NCBI GenBank assembly: GCA_000166095.1
Contig: CP002278.1
Coordinates: forward strand, 510,001-542,000
Reading direction: 5' to 3'
Length of the DNA: 32,000 bases
Source: Methanothermus fervidus DSM 2088
Lineage (GTDB): Archaea > Methanobacteriota > Methanobacteria > DSM-2088 > Methanothermaceae
The notes beneath the pieces are model-generated. The model was not told where the DNA came from and did not search any database. It saw only the letters and a program-made list of their open reading frames with translations. Positions 20,414 through 30,053 of this stretch are shown piece after piece. Numbering within the stretch: the stretch's first letter is position 1; the number at the start of each line of letters is the position of its first letter. Both the position numbers and the translations under genes were made by a program.

Positions 20414-22946
20414 TAATAAGTATGTTATCCATTTAGTTCCACATACCCATTATGATGCTGTGTGGGTTTTCACAAAAGAAGACTATTTCTACATTAATAT
20501 TGACATGATTTTAAAGAAAGTTTTAAAATTGATTGAAAATTCTGAGGAATACAAATTTCTGTTAGAGCAGGTATACCTTCTTGAAGAAATTGAAAAAAGA
20601 TATCCTAAGATGTTTAAAAAAATAAAGAAATATATAAAAGAAGGCAGGATAGAAATCGCAGATGGAGAATATTTAATGGCAGACACAATGTTGCCACAGG
20701 AAGAAACATTAGTAAGAGAAATAATGGTGGGTAAAAATTATGTAAAGGAAAAATTTGGTGTAGATGTTGATGTAATGTGGCAAGCAGATAGTTTTGGTCT
20801 CAATGCTCAATTACCTCAAATTTATAGGAAATGTGGATACAAATATTTAGCATTTCGTAGAGGTTCTCCTGAGAATAATCCATCTGAATTTTTGTGGGAA
20901 GGATTAGATGGTACACGAATTTTATCACATTTTATGCCACTTGGATATAGGGCTGGGTTAAATCTCGAAAAAATAGATGAAAACTTTAAAAAATTAAAGG
21001 AACTATCAGCAACTAATCACATATTGATGCCCTCTGGTAGCGGAGTTACAATGCCTCAAAAAGAAACAATTGAATTTGTTAAAAAGTGGAACAGAAGCCA
21101 TAAAAATTCAAAAATAAAAATTTCTACACCTAAAGAATTTTTTAAGTCATTAGAGGATTTAAATCCTGATTTACCAATAAGAAAAGGTGAAATGTATAGT
21201 GGTAAATATTCCGAAGTATTTCCAGACGTTGCATCCAGTAGAATATGGATAAAAAAAGCACTAAGAAAATTTGAAAATTGGCTTTATACCTTTGAAAGAT
21301 TCTCAACAATTAATTTTTTGTTAAATTCACATTATCCAGAGGAGCTTCCTGAATCATGGAAAAAATTGTTATTTATGGCATTTCATGATGTAGCTCCTGG
21401 AACTGGCGTAGATGTGTGTTATAATGAAGTTAAAGAAAATATAAAATCTTTAGAAAGATTATTAAATGATTTAACTCCACAAATTTTGATGTCAATAGTT
21501 GAGAAGGGAGATAAGGAAGGAGACGTTGTAGTATATAATCCATTGTCATGGGACTCAAAAAATTGGGTAGAAGTAGATTTAAAATTTGATAAAGGAGCTA
21601 TAAAAGATATCAAGGGACTGAAATGTGGTGAAGAAGAAATAGATGTGGAAGTTATAAAATTTAGGAAGTATGACGATGGTTCTATAAAGACAGCCAGAAT
21701 TGGTTTTATTGCAGAAGTTCCTGCCCTTGGTTATAAAATATATAAGATATTACAGCGACCCCCAAAATCAAAGACAGGTGTTCTGGAAGTTAGTGATAAC
21801 AGTGTCCGCAATAAATTTTTTGAAATTAAATTCTCCCCAGATACTGGTTTGATTAAAATTGTGAAAAATGGCGAAGAAATATGTGAAGGAAATGAAATTG
21901 TGATTGAAGAAGAAATAGGCGATTTATACTATCATAAAGAGGGGATTAGTGGTCCATTAAAAACAGAGTCAGGTGAAGGTATAAAGTACGGTGCATTCAA
22001 AGTTAAAGACATTAAAATAACTGGATCGAAATTAAGAAAAATTATTAACATTGCTGTGGATTATTATTCTTTGAGATGGCCATATAGATTAACAAAAAAA
22101 TGGAAACCAAGAATTTGGAGACATAAATTCCTGAAATGTAAGAAAAAAATTATTGTGTATAGAGATATTCCAAGGATAGATTTTGTTATAGATGTCGAAA
22201 ATAGACATCCAAGGACCAGACTTAGAGTTAAGTTTAATACACCAATTGATGAACCAACATATAAATCAGATACTCAATTTGGTGCTATAACTAGAAAAAC
22301 AAATCAATATTATTTTAATCCAAAAGATTGGAAAGAAAAACCTAGTGGTGTCTACCCAACACTTCGGTGGATAGATTATAGTAATGGGAAGATAGGTGTA
22401 GCATTAATCAATTTTGGGAACCCAGAACATGAAATAAGAGATAGGACGATATATCTCACATTATTGAGATCTGTAGATGTTCTTTCAACTGATGGAAAAC
22501 CTGGTCCTGTAATCCCTGTCCCTGATGCAAGAGAATTTAAAAGATATGAATTTTGGTATTCCATTTATCCACATACAGGTAATTGGAAAGATAGTAAAGT
22601 CTATAAGCAAGGGTATGAATTTAATTATGGATTAATTGGATTTCAAATTAATAAAAAAGTTTCTGAAAACAAAAAATCCTTCCTAAAAATAGAACCTGAT
22701 AACGTAATATTAACAGCGTTCAAAAAATCAGAAAGGGATGATTCTGTAATTATAAGATTCTACGAGGCTGCTGGCATTGAAAGCGATGTTAAGATTAAGC
22801 TATTTAAAAAACCTAAAAATGTAGAAACTGTCGACATATTAGAAAGAAAAACTAATGAATTTAATAAAAATTTAAAAGTAGAAAATAATAAAATATACCT
22901 CAAAATTAAACCTTTTGAAATCATAACACTTAAATTGAAATTTTAA
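20397..22946 (+). CDS. GH38-family alpha-mannosidase-like glycoside hydrolase
   Basis: HLVPHTHYDAVWVFT N-terminal motif, MWQADSFGLNAQLPQI nucleophile region, GH38 C-terminal beta-domain features. Start either GTG 20397 or ATG 20406. Confidence 0.88.
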   Translation: MIKMSNNKYVIHLVPHTHYDAVWVFTKEDYFYINIDMILKKVLKLIENSEEYKFLLEQVYLLEEIEKRYPKMFKKIKKYIKEGRIEIADGEYLMADTMLPQEETLVREIMVGKNYVKEKFGVDVDVMWQADSFGLNAQLPQIYRKCGYKYLAFRRGSPENNPSEFLWEGLDGTRILSHFMPLGYRAGLNLEKIDENFKKLKELSATNHILMPSGSGVTMPQKETIEFVKKWNRSHKNSKIKISTPKEFFKSLEDLNPDLPIRKGEMYSGKYSEVFPDVASSRIWIKKALRKFENWLYTFERFSTINFLLNSHYPEELPESWKKLLFMAFHDVAPGTGVDVCYNEVKENIKSLERLLNDLTPQILMSIVEKGDKEGDVVVYNPLSWDSKNWVEVDLKFDKGAIKDIKGLKCGEEEIDVEVIKFRKYDDGSIKTARIGFIAEVPALGYKIYKILQRPPKSKTGVLEVSDNSVRNKFFEIKFSPDTGLIKIVKNGEEICEGNEIVIEEEIGDLYYHKEGISGPLKTESGEGIKYGAFKVKDIKITGSKLRKIINIAVDYYSLRWPYRLTKKWKPRIWRHKFLKCKKKIIVYRDIPRIDFVIDVENRHPRTRLRVKFNTPIDEPTYKSDTQFGAITRKTNQYYFNPKDWKEKPSGVYPTLRWIDYSNGKIGVALINFGNPEHEIRDRTIYLTLLRSVDVLSTDGKPGPVIPVPDAREFKRYEFWYSIYPHTGNWKDSKVYKQGYEFNYGLIGFQINKKVSENKKSFLKIEPDNVILTAFKKSERDDSVIIRFYEAAGIESDVKIKLFKKPKNVETVDILERKTNEFNKNLKVENNKIYLKIKPFEIITLKLKF

Positions 22947-22958
22947 GGGAGGAAAAAC

Positions 22959-24314
22959 ATGGGGAAATTATTTGGAACATTTGGTGTAAGAAAAATAGCA
23001 AACAAAGGATTAACACCAGAATTTGCATCAAAGTTAGCTTGTGCCTATGGATCATTAGTTGATGGTAAAATAGCAGTTGGTGGAGATACAAGAACTTCTA
23101 CAATCATGATCAAACACGCAGTAATAGCAGGTTTACTTTCTAGTGGTTGTGATGTTGTAGATCTTGGTATTTTACCTACACCAGCAGTCCAATATGCTGT
23201 AAGAAATTATTATGATGGTGGAGTTATTATAACTGCTTCACATAATCCTCCTCAATATAATGGAATAAAATTTGTAGATGAAGATGGAATAGGTATACCA
23301 AAAAATATGGAAGATAAAGTTGAAAATTTGTTTTTTAAGAACAAATTTAAGAGAGTTAAATGGGAAAACATTGGTAAGATAGAAAATGTGGATATACTTG
23401 ATGAATACAAGAACGAAATCATAAAGAGAGTTAACAAAGATGTAATAGAGGATTCAAACATAAAAGTTGTAGTGGATGCTGGTTGTGGAGCTGCATCTTA
23501 TGTAACCCCTTATGTCTTAAGAGAACTTGGATGTGAAGTAATTACTTTAAATTGTCAGCCAGATGGATTTTTCCCAGGTAGAAATCCAGAGCCTACAGAA
23601 GAAAATTTAAAAGATCTAATGAAGACTGTTAAGGCAGTTGGAGCAGATATTGGAATTGCACATGATGGGGACGCTGATAGGACTATATGTATAGACGAGA
23701 ATGGAAATTTTGTTTATGGTGACAAAACATTTGCACTAGTGGAAAAAAAGATGTTACAAGATAATGGCGGTGGATTGATTGTAACAACGGTTGCAACTTC
23801 ATCAGTTATATATGATGTAGCAGAAGAGTATGGTGGAGAGGTTGTAACAACGCCTGTTGGAGATCTATTAGTTGCTAGAGAATTAAAAAGAAGAAATGGT
23901 TTGTTTGGCGGAGAAGAAAACGGAGGACTTATATTTCCAGACTTTGTATATGGGCGAGATGGAGCACTTTCAGCTGCTAAAATAGTTGAAATAATGGCAG
24001 AAGAGAAAAAACCACTTTCAAAACTTGTTGCAGAACTTCCACAATATTATTCAGAAAAAGAGAAAGTTGAGTGTCCAGAAGAAATGAAAGACGAGGTACT
24101 GAAAAAATTGTTGGAGAAGGTTGAAAATGACCCATCTGTGAAAAATATAGATACAACTGATGGTGTTAAAGTATTTAAGGATGAAGGCTGGGTAATCATG
24201 CGTCCATCTGGCACTGAGCCTATATTTAGATGTTTTGCTGAAAGTAAAAACAAAGAAGATGCAAAAAAATTAGTTAAATGGGGAATTAAATTAATTAAGG
24301 AATGTAAAACTTAA
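22959..24314 (+). CDS. Phosphomannomutase/phosphoglucomutase-family phosphohexomutase
   Basis: TASHNPPQYNGIKF phosphoserine loop, HDGDADRTICID metal loop, GEENGG, RPSGTEPIFR. Confidence 0.93.
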   Translation: MGKLFGTFGVRKIANKGLTPEFASKLACAYGSLVDGKIAVGGDTRTSTIMIKHAVIAGLLSSGCDVVDLGILPTPAVQYAVRNYYDGGVIITASHNPPQYNGIKFVDEDGIGIPKNMEDKVENLFFKNKFKRVKWENIGKIENVDILDEYKNEIIKRVNKDVIEDSNIKVVVDAGCGAASYVTPYVLRELGCEVITLNCQPDGFFPGRNPEPTEENLKDLMKTVKAVGADIGIAHDGDADRTICIDENGNFVYGDKTFALVEKKMLQDNGGGLIVTTVATSSVIYDVAEEYGGEVVTTPVGDLLVARELKRRNGLFGGEENGGLIFPDFVYGRDGALSAAKIVEIMAEEKKPLSKLVAELPQYYSEKEKVECPEEMKDEVLKKLLEKVENDPSVKNIDTTDGVKVFKDEGWVIMRPSGTEPIFRCFAESKNKEDAKKLVKWGIKLIKECKT

Positions 24315-24463
24315 ACAAATTTAGTTTTATTAGGAAAGCCGAAAGTTTTTTATACTACAAAAGTATTAAAAGGAATATACTTACTTAACAAATTTTAGAA
24401 AATTTTTTATTGAAAAATTCTGTGCAGGAACCTATGTAAACTACAAAAATTTTAGGTGAGTGG

Positions 24464-24877
24464 ATGGATCAATATTTACCCCCAGATAAAATAATGATAT
24501 TAATACTATCTTTTTTGGCATTTTTAACAATAATAATAGTTGCAATTCAATGGAGACGCGTTAGAGAAGCTGAAAATAATGTAAAATTATTGGAAAAGGA
24601 AATTGAATTAAAAAAAATAGCATTAGTTGAAAAAGACATTGAAGCAAAGAAATTAATGGAGTCAGCCATTACATTGCCTAAAGACCAGCAAGAGAAATTA
24701 GCAAAAATAAGAAAAGATACATCTAAATTAATGAAGCAAATCAGGTATCTACAAAATGAAATTGAAGTTAGATTATCTAGACTTGAAGCACAAACAGAAT
24801 TTAAAAAATTACAAGAAATGCTTAAAAAGATAAAAAATAAAGAATCGGAATTAGAAAGAAGATTAAAGAAATTCTAG
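24464..24877 (+). CDS. N-terminal TM plus coiled-coil protein, unknown function
   Basis: MDQYLPPDKIMILILSFLAFLTIIIVAIQWRRV followed by a charged heptad-rich region; GGTGAG upstream. Confidence 0.75.
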   Translation: MDQYLPPDKIMILILSFLAFLTIIIVAIQWRRVREAENNVKLLEKEIELKKIALVEKDIEAKKLMESAITLPKDQQEKLAKIRKDTSKLMKQIRYLQNEIEVRLSRLEAQTEFKKLQEMLKKIKNKESELERRLKKF

Positions 24878-24887
24878 GAGTGAGATT

Positions 24888-25328
24888 ATGAGTCCTGCAG
24901 AATTGTTGGCTGTTCTAATTTTGGCAGGTGCAATATTGCTTTTAATATATTATTACATAAATGAACCAAGGCAAATAGATGTAGTGAAGTCTAGAGTGCT
25001 TGGTAGGAGAGAAGGAGAAATGACTAAGAAGGCATATAAAATTGGTGACAAAATAATGTCTAAAGTGAAAGAAGTACCAATCAGTACAGATACAATATCA
25101 AAAAAAATAGATGCATTTTTAGAAGAGAAAAGTGATGAATTAATAAAAGATTGGTCACTAGCAACTAAAGACGACATTTCAAAATTAGAAAAGCGGTTAA
25201 ACGCTGTTTTTAGAAACATAGATGAGTTAGAACATAGATTCAATGAATATAGAGAACATACAAATAGAAAGTTTAAATCTATTGAAGAAAGAATAAAAAG
25301 ACTAGAAGAAAGTGTATTTAAAAAATGA
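24888..25328 (+). CDS. N-terminal TM plus coiled-coil protein, unknown function
   Basis: MSPAELLAVLILAGAILLLIYYYINEPRQ then a long charged helical region ending IEERIKRLEESVFKK. Confidence 0.75.
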   Translation: MSPAELLAVLILAGAILLLIYYYINEPRQIDVVKSRVLGRREGEMTKKAYKIGDKIMSKVKEVPISTDTISKKIDAFLEEKSDELIKDWSLATKDDISKLEKRLNAVFRNIDELEHRFNEYREHTNRKFKSIEERIKRLEESVFKK

Positions 25329-25338
25329 CTTGAGGTAA

Positions 25339-25731
25339 ATGATGGATGACAGAGATATATCTTTAATTGCAGGAGTTGGTGTATTAGTAGGTATTATTGG
25401 GATAATCATTACTTCCAACATGTCACTGACACCTGAAGTTAAGATAGACCAAATAGGGCAGGAAAGTATTGGTAAAAAAATAAAGATCAGTGGTTTTGTT
25501 GAGAAGATTTCAAAGTCTAAGAGCGGTACATATTTTTTAACAGTTAGGGATTGCAGTGGATTAATACCTGTAGTAATCTTTTCGTCTCTTGCAGAAAAAA
25601 TGAAAGATAATGGTATCATAATTGAAGAATTTAGCAAAAAATTTATAAATGTTGAAGGAAGAGTCTCTGTGTACAAAGGAGAACTCGAAATTATACCAGA
25701 TTCTAAAACAAGTATAAAGGAGTGCATATGA
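25339..25731 (+). CDS. Membrane-anchored OB-fold domain protein
   Basis: Hydrophobic N-terminus followed by GKKIKISGFVEKISKSKSGTYFLTVRDCSGLIPVVIFSS...FINVEGRVSVYKGELEIIP, an OB-fold (tRNA-anti type) pattern. Confidence 0.75.
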   Translation: MMDDRDISLIAGVGVLVGIIGIIITSNMSLTPEVKIDQIGQESIGKKIKISGFVEKISKSKSGTYFLTVRDCSGLIPVVIFSSLAEKMKDNGIIIEEFSKKFINVEGRVSVYKGELEIIPDSKTSIKECI

Positions 25732-27077
25732 AAAAAAATGAACTAAAAATATTTATACCATCTTTACTGTATTTGCTTTTAGCATTAATACCAACTTTAA
25801 AATATCAATGGCCTTTAAGCTGGGATATATTTTATCATGTTCATGTGGCTAAACTTCAGTTAGAAAGCTGGCCAACTTTTTGGGATAATTTAACTTGTGC
25901 ACCATATGGAAGACCAATTTATTATCCTCCATTATTTCATTATTTTCTTTCTTTTTTTGCATGGATTTTAAATTTAAACCCACTATTACTTGCAAAATTC
26001 TTACAACCTGTGTTTGCATCTCTAACAATGTTATCATTTACATATTTTATAAGTAAAATATATGATGCCAGAATGGCAGTTTTATCTGGATTTATGTTAT
26101 TTTTATCACCATTATTTTTCAGGATGATGTTACCAATACCAGAAACAATGGCAATGATTTTTGTGCCAGCTGCATTTTATTTTTATTTTAAAAACACTCA
26201 AAAAAGTAGTATAATTGCTGGAATATTTTTAGGTTTGAGTTCTTTAACACATCTTCTAACTGCAGGCATTGCCTTAACAATTTTAACAATATTTACACTA
26301 GCAAAAAGAAGAAATAAAAATTATTGGATAATGCTTGTTGTTAGCACTATAATTCTGAGTATTTGGTTTATCCCACTTATATTAAAATATGGATATTTAT
26401 TCAGGCCTCCACCACCTGAAATAATACCTCCAACGAGATATCCAATGGTTCTTGGAATAATTCCATCCATCTTTGCATTGCCAGGTATTTACTTTGCATT
26501 TCAAAAAAGAAGAGAAAACAATGTTTTTATACTAGTTTGGCTGATAACAACGTTGTCAATTTCAATGCTTTACATCTTTGGTGTTAAATTACTTGTTGAT
26601 AGAATACTCTATTTTGCAATTTACCCATTGGCTACTTTGGCAAGCCTCACAATTTTAAAAATTGAAAATAGAAAAATTAGACTGTTATTGATTTTGGCAC
26701 TGATTTTTGCATCTATTATTTCTGGATATTCAACAATAAAATCTTTGAAGCCTGTAATTACTGAAAGCCAATATCAGGTTGTGAAATGGTTTGAAAAATA
26801 TGGTGATAAAAAGAGTGTAGTTATAAGTGCTGATTATAGATTAGAACCAATGATAGTTTCGATTGCAAGGCAACCAGTTTCTGCTGGGGGATATGCACCT
26901 GGAATGCTTCGAACAATTTGTATAAAAAAATATTTGGAAAATAAATTTACTGAAGAAGATATAAAAAAGGACAAAGTGAAATATGTGGTTATAAGATCAA
27001 ATATGAAAAAACCCAAGTTTGGAAAGCTAGTCTACCAAAATAAAGATTATAAAATTTACGTTCTTTCATTTCAGTAA
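25722..27077 (+). CDS. GT-C-like polytopic membrane glycosyltransferase-type protein
   Basis: [22 protein letters not shown]...[11 protein letters not shown]...: acidic residue/His after TM1 and many TM segments typical of GT-C proteins. Confidence 0.7.
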   Translation: MHMKKNELKIFIPSLLYLLLALIPTLKYQWPLSWDIFYHVHVAKLQLESWPTFWDNLTCAPYGRPIYYPPLFHYFLSFFAWILNLNPLLLAKFLQPVFASLTMLSFTYFISKIYDARMAVLSGFMLFLSPLFFRMMLPIPETMAMIFVPAAFYFYFKNTQKSSIIAGIFLGLSSLTHLLTAGIALTILTIFTLAKRRNKNYWIMLVVSTIILSIWFIPLILKYGYLFRPPPPEIIPPTRYPMVLGIIPSIFALPGIYFAFQKRRENNVFILVWLITTLSISMLYIFGVKLLVDRILYFAIYPLATLASLTILKIENRKIRLLLILALIFASIISGYSTIKSLKPVITESQYQVVKWFEKYGDKKSVVISADYRLEPMIVSIARQPVSAGGYAPGMLRTICIKKYLENKFTEEDIKKDKVKYVVIRSNMKKPKFGKLVYQNKDYKIYVLSFQ

Positions 27078-27407
27078 TTTAAGATTTCCAGTTATTTTGT
27101 CAATTTTTTTATCATCGTCAGGTCCTATGCCTAAACATGTTATTGTACCTGGTGGCAATTCTGTATGTCCTGCATCCTTCACAAGATAATGTGGTAGTCC
27201 AGAATTTTTTACAGCCTCATAAATTTTAAGTAATTCATCCAAAGTTTTTACTTTAAGAACAACTTTTTTTGCACCCTCAGATTCCCATTTTTTTATTTTA
27301 TTTTTTTCTGCATTTTTAAATGACTCAAGTGATGCATGACATGCCTGAGCTATCAATTTACCTTTAGACATCTTAATGTCATCTCTAACAACTATAACTT
27401 GTTTCAT
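27066..27407 (-). CDS. pth2: Peptidyl-tRNA hydrolase, Pth2 type
   Basis: [50 protein letters not shown] 27407 preceded by GAGGAGGTAAAG; the track's 27449 start is too long. Confidence 0.94.
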   Translation of the reverse strand: MKQVIVVRDDIKMSKGKLIAQACHASLESFKNAEKNKIKKWESEGAKKVVLKVKTLDELLKIYEAVKNSGLPHYLVKDAGHTELPPGTITCLGIGPDDDKKIDKITGNLKLLK

Positions 27408-27552
27408 CTTTACCTCCTCTAAAAATTTTATTGTGAATTTTCCAATCAAATAATTTTAATCACGTTCTAATATTTTTAGCTTTGAAAGCATATTTTTCCA
27501 CTTATATACTTAAAATGGTTTAAGTTTGCATGATGTGTAAAACAACCTTTAT

Positions 27553-28426
27553 TATACAGAAGAAATTTTTTGATGACGAGGAAAATTAACTTTGAATTGT
27601 TTTTGTTCTATATTTTGGTGAAATTAAATTAGTTATAAAAAATATTGTGGCCGATATAAGTACTATTACTGCTCCACATGGAGTGTTTAGAAGATAAGAA
27701 AATATAATTCCTAAAAAACAAGATAATCCTCCAAAAAAACCCTGCAACACAAAATAAATGTTTTAAATTATGTGTTACTTGATAAGCAGCTGCAGCTGGA
27801 CATATTATTAATGTAGATACTAACAGTCCGCCTATTGACTCTAAATTGGCAGTAACTGTTAAGCCAATCAAAAAAATAATTCCATAATATATTAAACATG
27901 CTGGCAATCCTACAGAGAGAGCAATTTCACGATCAAAAATAATAGCTTGAAACTCTTTATAAAAAAGACTTGTACTACCTACTACTAATATAAACGAAGC
28001 AATAACAATCATTAAGGCATTTATATCCATCCCTATGGCATTCCCCCACATCAAATTCAGTGCTTCTGTTTTGGCTGATACCATTAGGCCCATAAGAAGA
28101 AAAGCTAAGCCATGTGCGATGGCAACAACAAATCCCATGACTGTATCAGGATTTAACTCCCTTTTATCACTTAATGGACCTATAATTGCAGATACTATAA
28201 TACTACAAACGATTGCTCCAATTAAGGGGTTTATTCCAATGAAAAATGCAATAACACTGCCTAAAAATGCGGCATGTGCAATAGTTATACCAATCAAAGA
28301 TAAACCCATTCCAACTACCATAACTCCTAACATCCCACATGTAAAACCTCCTATTGTTCCTATTAGGAGAGCTTGTCTCATGAAGTCATAGGAAAACATT
28401 TTAAACAAATCTAAAAAAATCATCAT
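27553..28426 (-). pseudogene. Metal-type ABC transporter permease (ZnuB/TroCD type) with an apparent -1/+1 frameshift
   Basis: Track ORF 27629-28426 loses family similarity after ...KHLFCVAGFF. Dropping one T at the T7 run (plus 27733-27739) restores GGLSCFLGIIFSYLLNTPCGAVIVLISATIFFITNLISPKYRTKQFKVNFPRHQKISSV*, matching the neighbouring paralogue. Confidence 0.75.
27898..27968. repeat. 71-nt perfect identity, copy 1 (see 28743-28813)
   Basis: atgctggcaatcctacagagagagcaatttcacgatcaaaaataatagcttgaaactctttataaaaaaga. Confidence 0.92.
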
Positions 28427-29259
28427 TTAGAACACCTTTTTTTAACTTCATTGATTTTAGCTTTTTTGAAAAAATCGCTTATTAAAAATATTATTGCAGA
28501 AATTGTAACAATAGATGCACCACTAGGGAGATTAAAAATATATGATAAAAATATACCTACCCAACATGAGAGAACTCCTAAAATTGCTGACATAATAAAT
28601 AAGTCCTTTAAGTTGTCAGTTAAATTGTAAGATGTTGCTGCAGGAGTTATTATTAAACTAAATACTAATAACCCACCAATAGGCTGAATGGTGGCAGCAA
28701 CGCTTAAACCTGTTAAAAATAGAATACCATAAAATATCCAATATGCTGGCAATCCTACAGAGAGAGCAATTTCACGATCAAAAATAATAGCTTGAAACTC
28801 TTTATAAAAAAGAACAATGGTGGTTATTATAAATAAAGATGTGATTACCAAAACTATCAAATCAAAGTCTGTAACTGTTAAAATGCTACCCCAAATCAGT
28901 GAATATGACTCTGTTCTTTCAGCATAAGGCATCAAACCCATAAATAGAAAAGCAATGCCAATTGCAATGGCGAATATTATGCCTAACGAAGTATCTGGGC
29001 TAATTTCTCCTCTATCAATTAATGGACCTGTTAATGCCGCCGATAATAAACTGAATAAAAAAGCACCTATTAGTGGATCAATGCCTACAAACATGGAGAC
29101 TATACCACCAGCAAATGCAGCATGTGAAATAACTGGCCCAATAAATGATAAACGTAAACTTGTCACTAGGACACCAATCATTGAGCATGAAACTCCACCC
29201 AAAAGTCCAACTAATAATGCGCGTAATATAAAATTAGATGTTAAGATGTCTAGTAGCAT
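28423..29259 (-). CDS. Metal-type ABC transporter permease (ZnuB/TroCD type)
   Basis: Multi-TM, ISHAAFAGGIVSMFVGIDPLIGAFLFSLLSAALTGPL...; GGAGG upstream of ATG 29259 (MLLDIL), so the track start at 29292 is probably too early. Confidence 0.85.
   Translation of the reverse strand: MLLDILTSNFILRALLVGLLGGVSCSMIGVLVTSLRLSFIGPVISHAAFAGGIVSMFVGIDPLIGAFLFSLLSAALTGPLIDRGEISPDTSLGIIFAIAIGIAFLFMGLMPYAERTESYSLIWGSILTVTDFDLIVLVITSLFIITTIVLFYKEFQAIIFDREIALSVGLPAYWIFYGILFLTGLSVAATIQPIGGLLVFSLIITPAATSYNLTDNLKDLFIMSAILGVLSCWVGIFLSYIFNLPSGASIVTISAIIFLISDFFKKAKINEVKKRCSK
28743..28813. repeat. 71-nt perfect identity, copy 2
   Basis: Identical to 27898-27968; encodes LFYKEFQAIIFDREIALSVGLPA in both permeases. 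Confidence 0.92.
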
Positions 29260-30049
29260 TAGTAATTTCCTCCAAGTTGACACCATAAACATTTCGGAGA
29301 TTTTTTGGAGAGAATACTTTATTAGGGTGGCCTGTGGCTACTATCTCCCCTTTATTTAATAAAACTACTCTATTACAAATATTAAAGGTGTCTATAGGAT
29401 CATGAGTCACAAATAATGTTGTTAAATTATATTTTTCATGTACCTCCTTTATGAGTCGAAGTATTTCTATACGAGAACGCCAATCTAAAAAAGAAGTAGG
29501 CTCATCTAACAATAAAATTGATGGTTTTTGTGCTAATGCTCTTGCAATAGAAACTTTTTGTTTTTCACCTCCTGACAGATGGCCAACTGGTTTATTTGCT
29601 AAATTCATTATTCCTATGAGTTTCATTACTTCATTAACTATATCCCAATCTTCCTTTTTTGGTCGTCTTCCTAGACCAATGTGACCATAACGCCCTATCA
29701 TAACAGCTTCTTTTACAGAAATAGGAACTCGTGGGTCGATATTTAGTCCCTGAGGTACATATCCAATTTTTTTTCTTAATTGAGCTATCTTCCAGTCAAG
29801 GCGAAAATCTCTTCCTTTTTTTCCTGCTGACATTTTATATCCAAGTACTTTAACTTCTCCATGTACTAATGTAGCTAAACCATTGATTGCTGTAAGAAGA
29901 GTAGTTTTGCCGGCCCCATTGGGGCCAGCAATTCCAACTAATTCTCCCTGTTTTATTTTTAGAGTAACATCTCTCAGTGCTATTTCATCACGATACGAAA
30001 CAGCAACTTTGTTTAAAGAAATCACTATATCTTTTTCCATATTATTCAC
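29234..30049 (-). CDS. Metal-type ABC transporter ATP-binding protein (ZnuC/TroB type)
   Basis: GPNGAGKTTLL Walker A, LSGGEKQKVSIARALAQ signature, ILLLDEPTSFLD Walker B, VTHD. Confidence 0.93.
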   Translation of the reverse strand: MNNMEKDIVISLNKVAVSYRDEIALRDVTLKIKQGELVGIAGPNGAGKTTLLTAINGLATLVHGEVKVLGYKMSAGKKGRDFRLDWKIAQLRKKIGYVPQGLNIDPRVPISVKEAVMIGRYGHIGLGRRPKKEDWDIVNEVMKLIGIMNLANKPVGHLSGGEKQKVSIARALAQKPSILLLDEPTSFLDWRSRIEILRLIKEVHEKYNLTTLFVTHDPIDTFNICNRVVLLNKGEIVATGHPNKVFSPKNLRNVYGVNLEEITNATRHLNI

Positions 30050-30053
30050 AATT

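Noticed and set aside
27911-28808. Possibility that the 71-nt identity is a mobile or CRISPR repeat
   Set aside because: Only two copies, both in the same codon register within homologous genes, with no terminal inverted repeats or spacer array.
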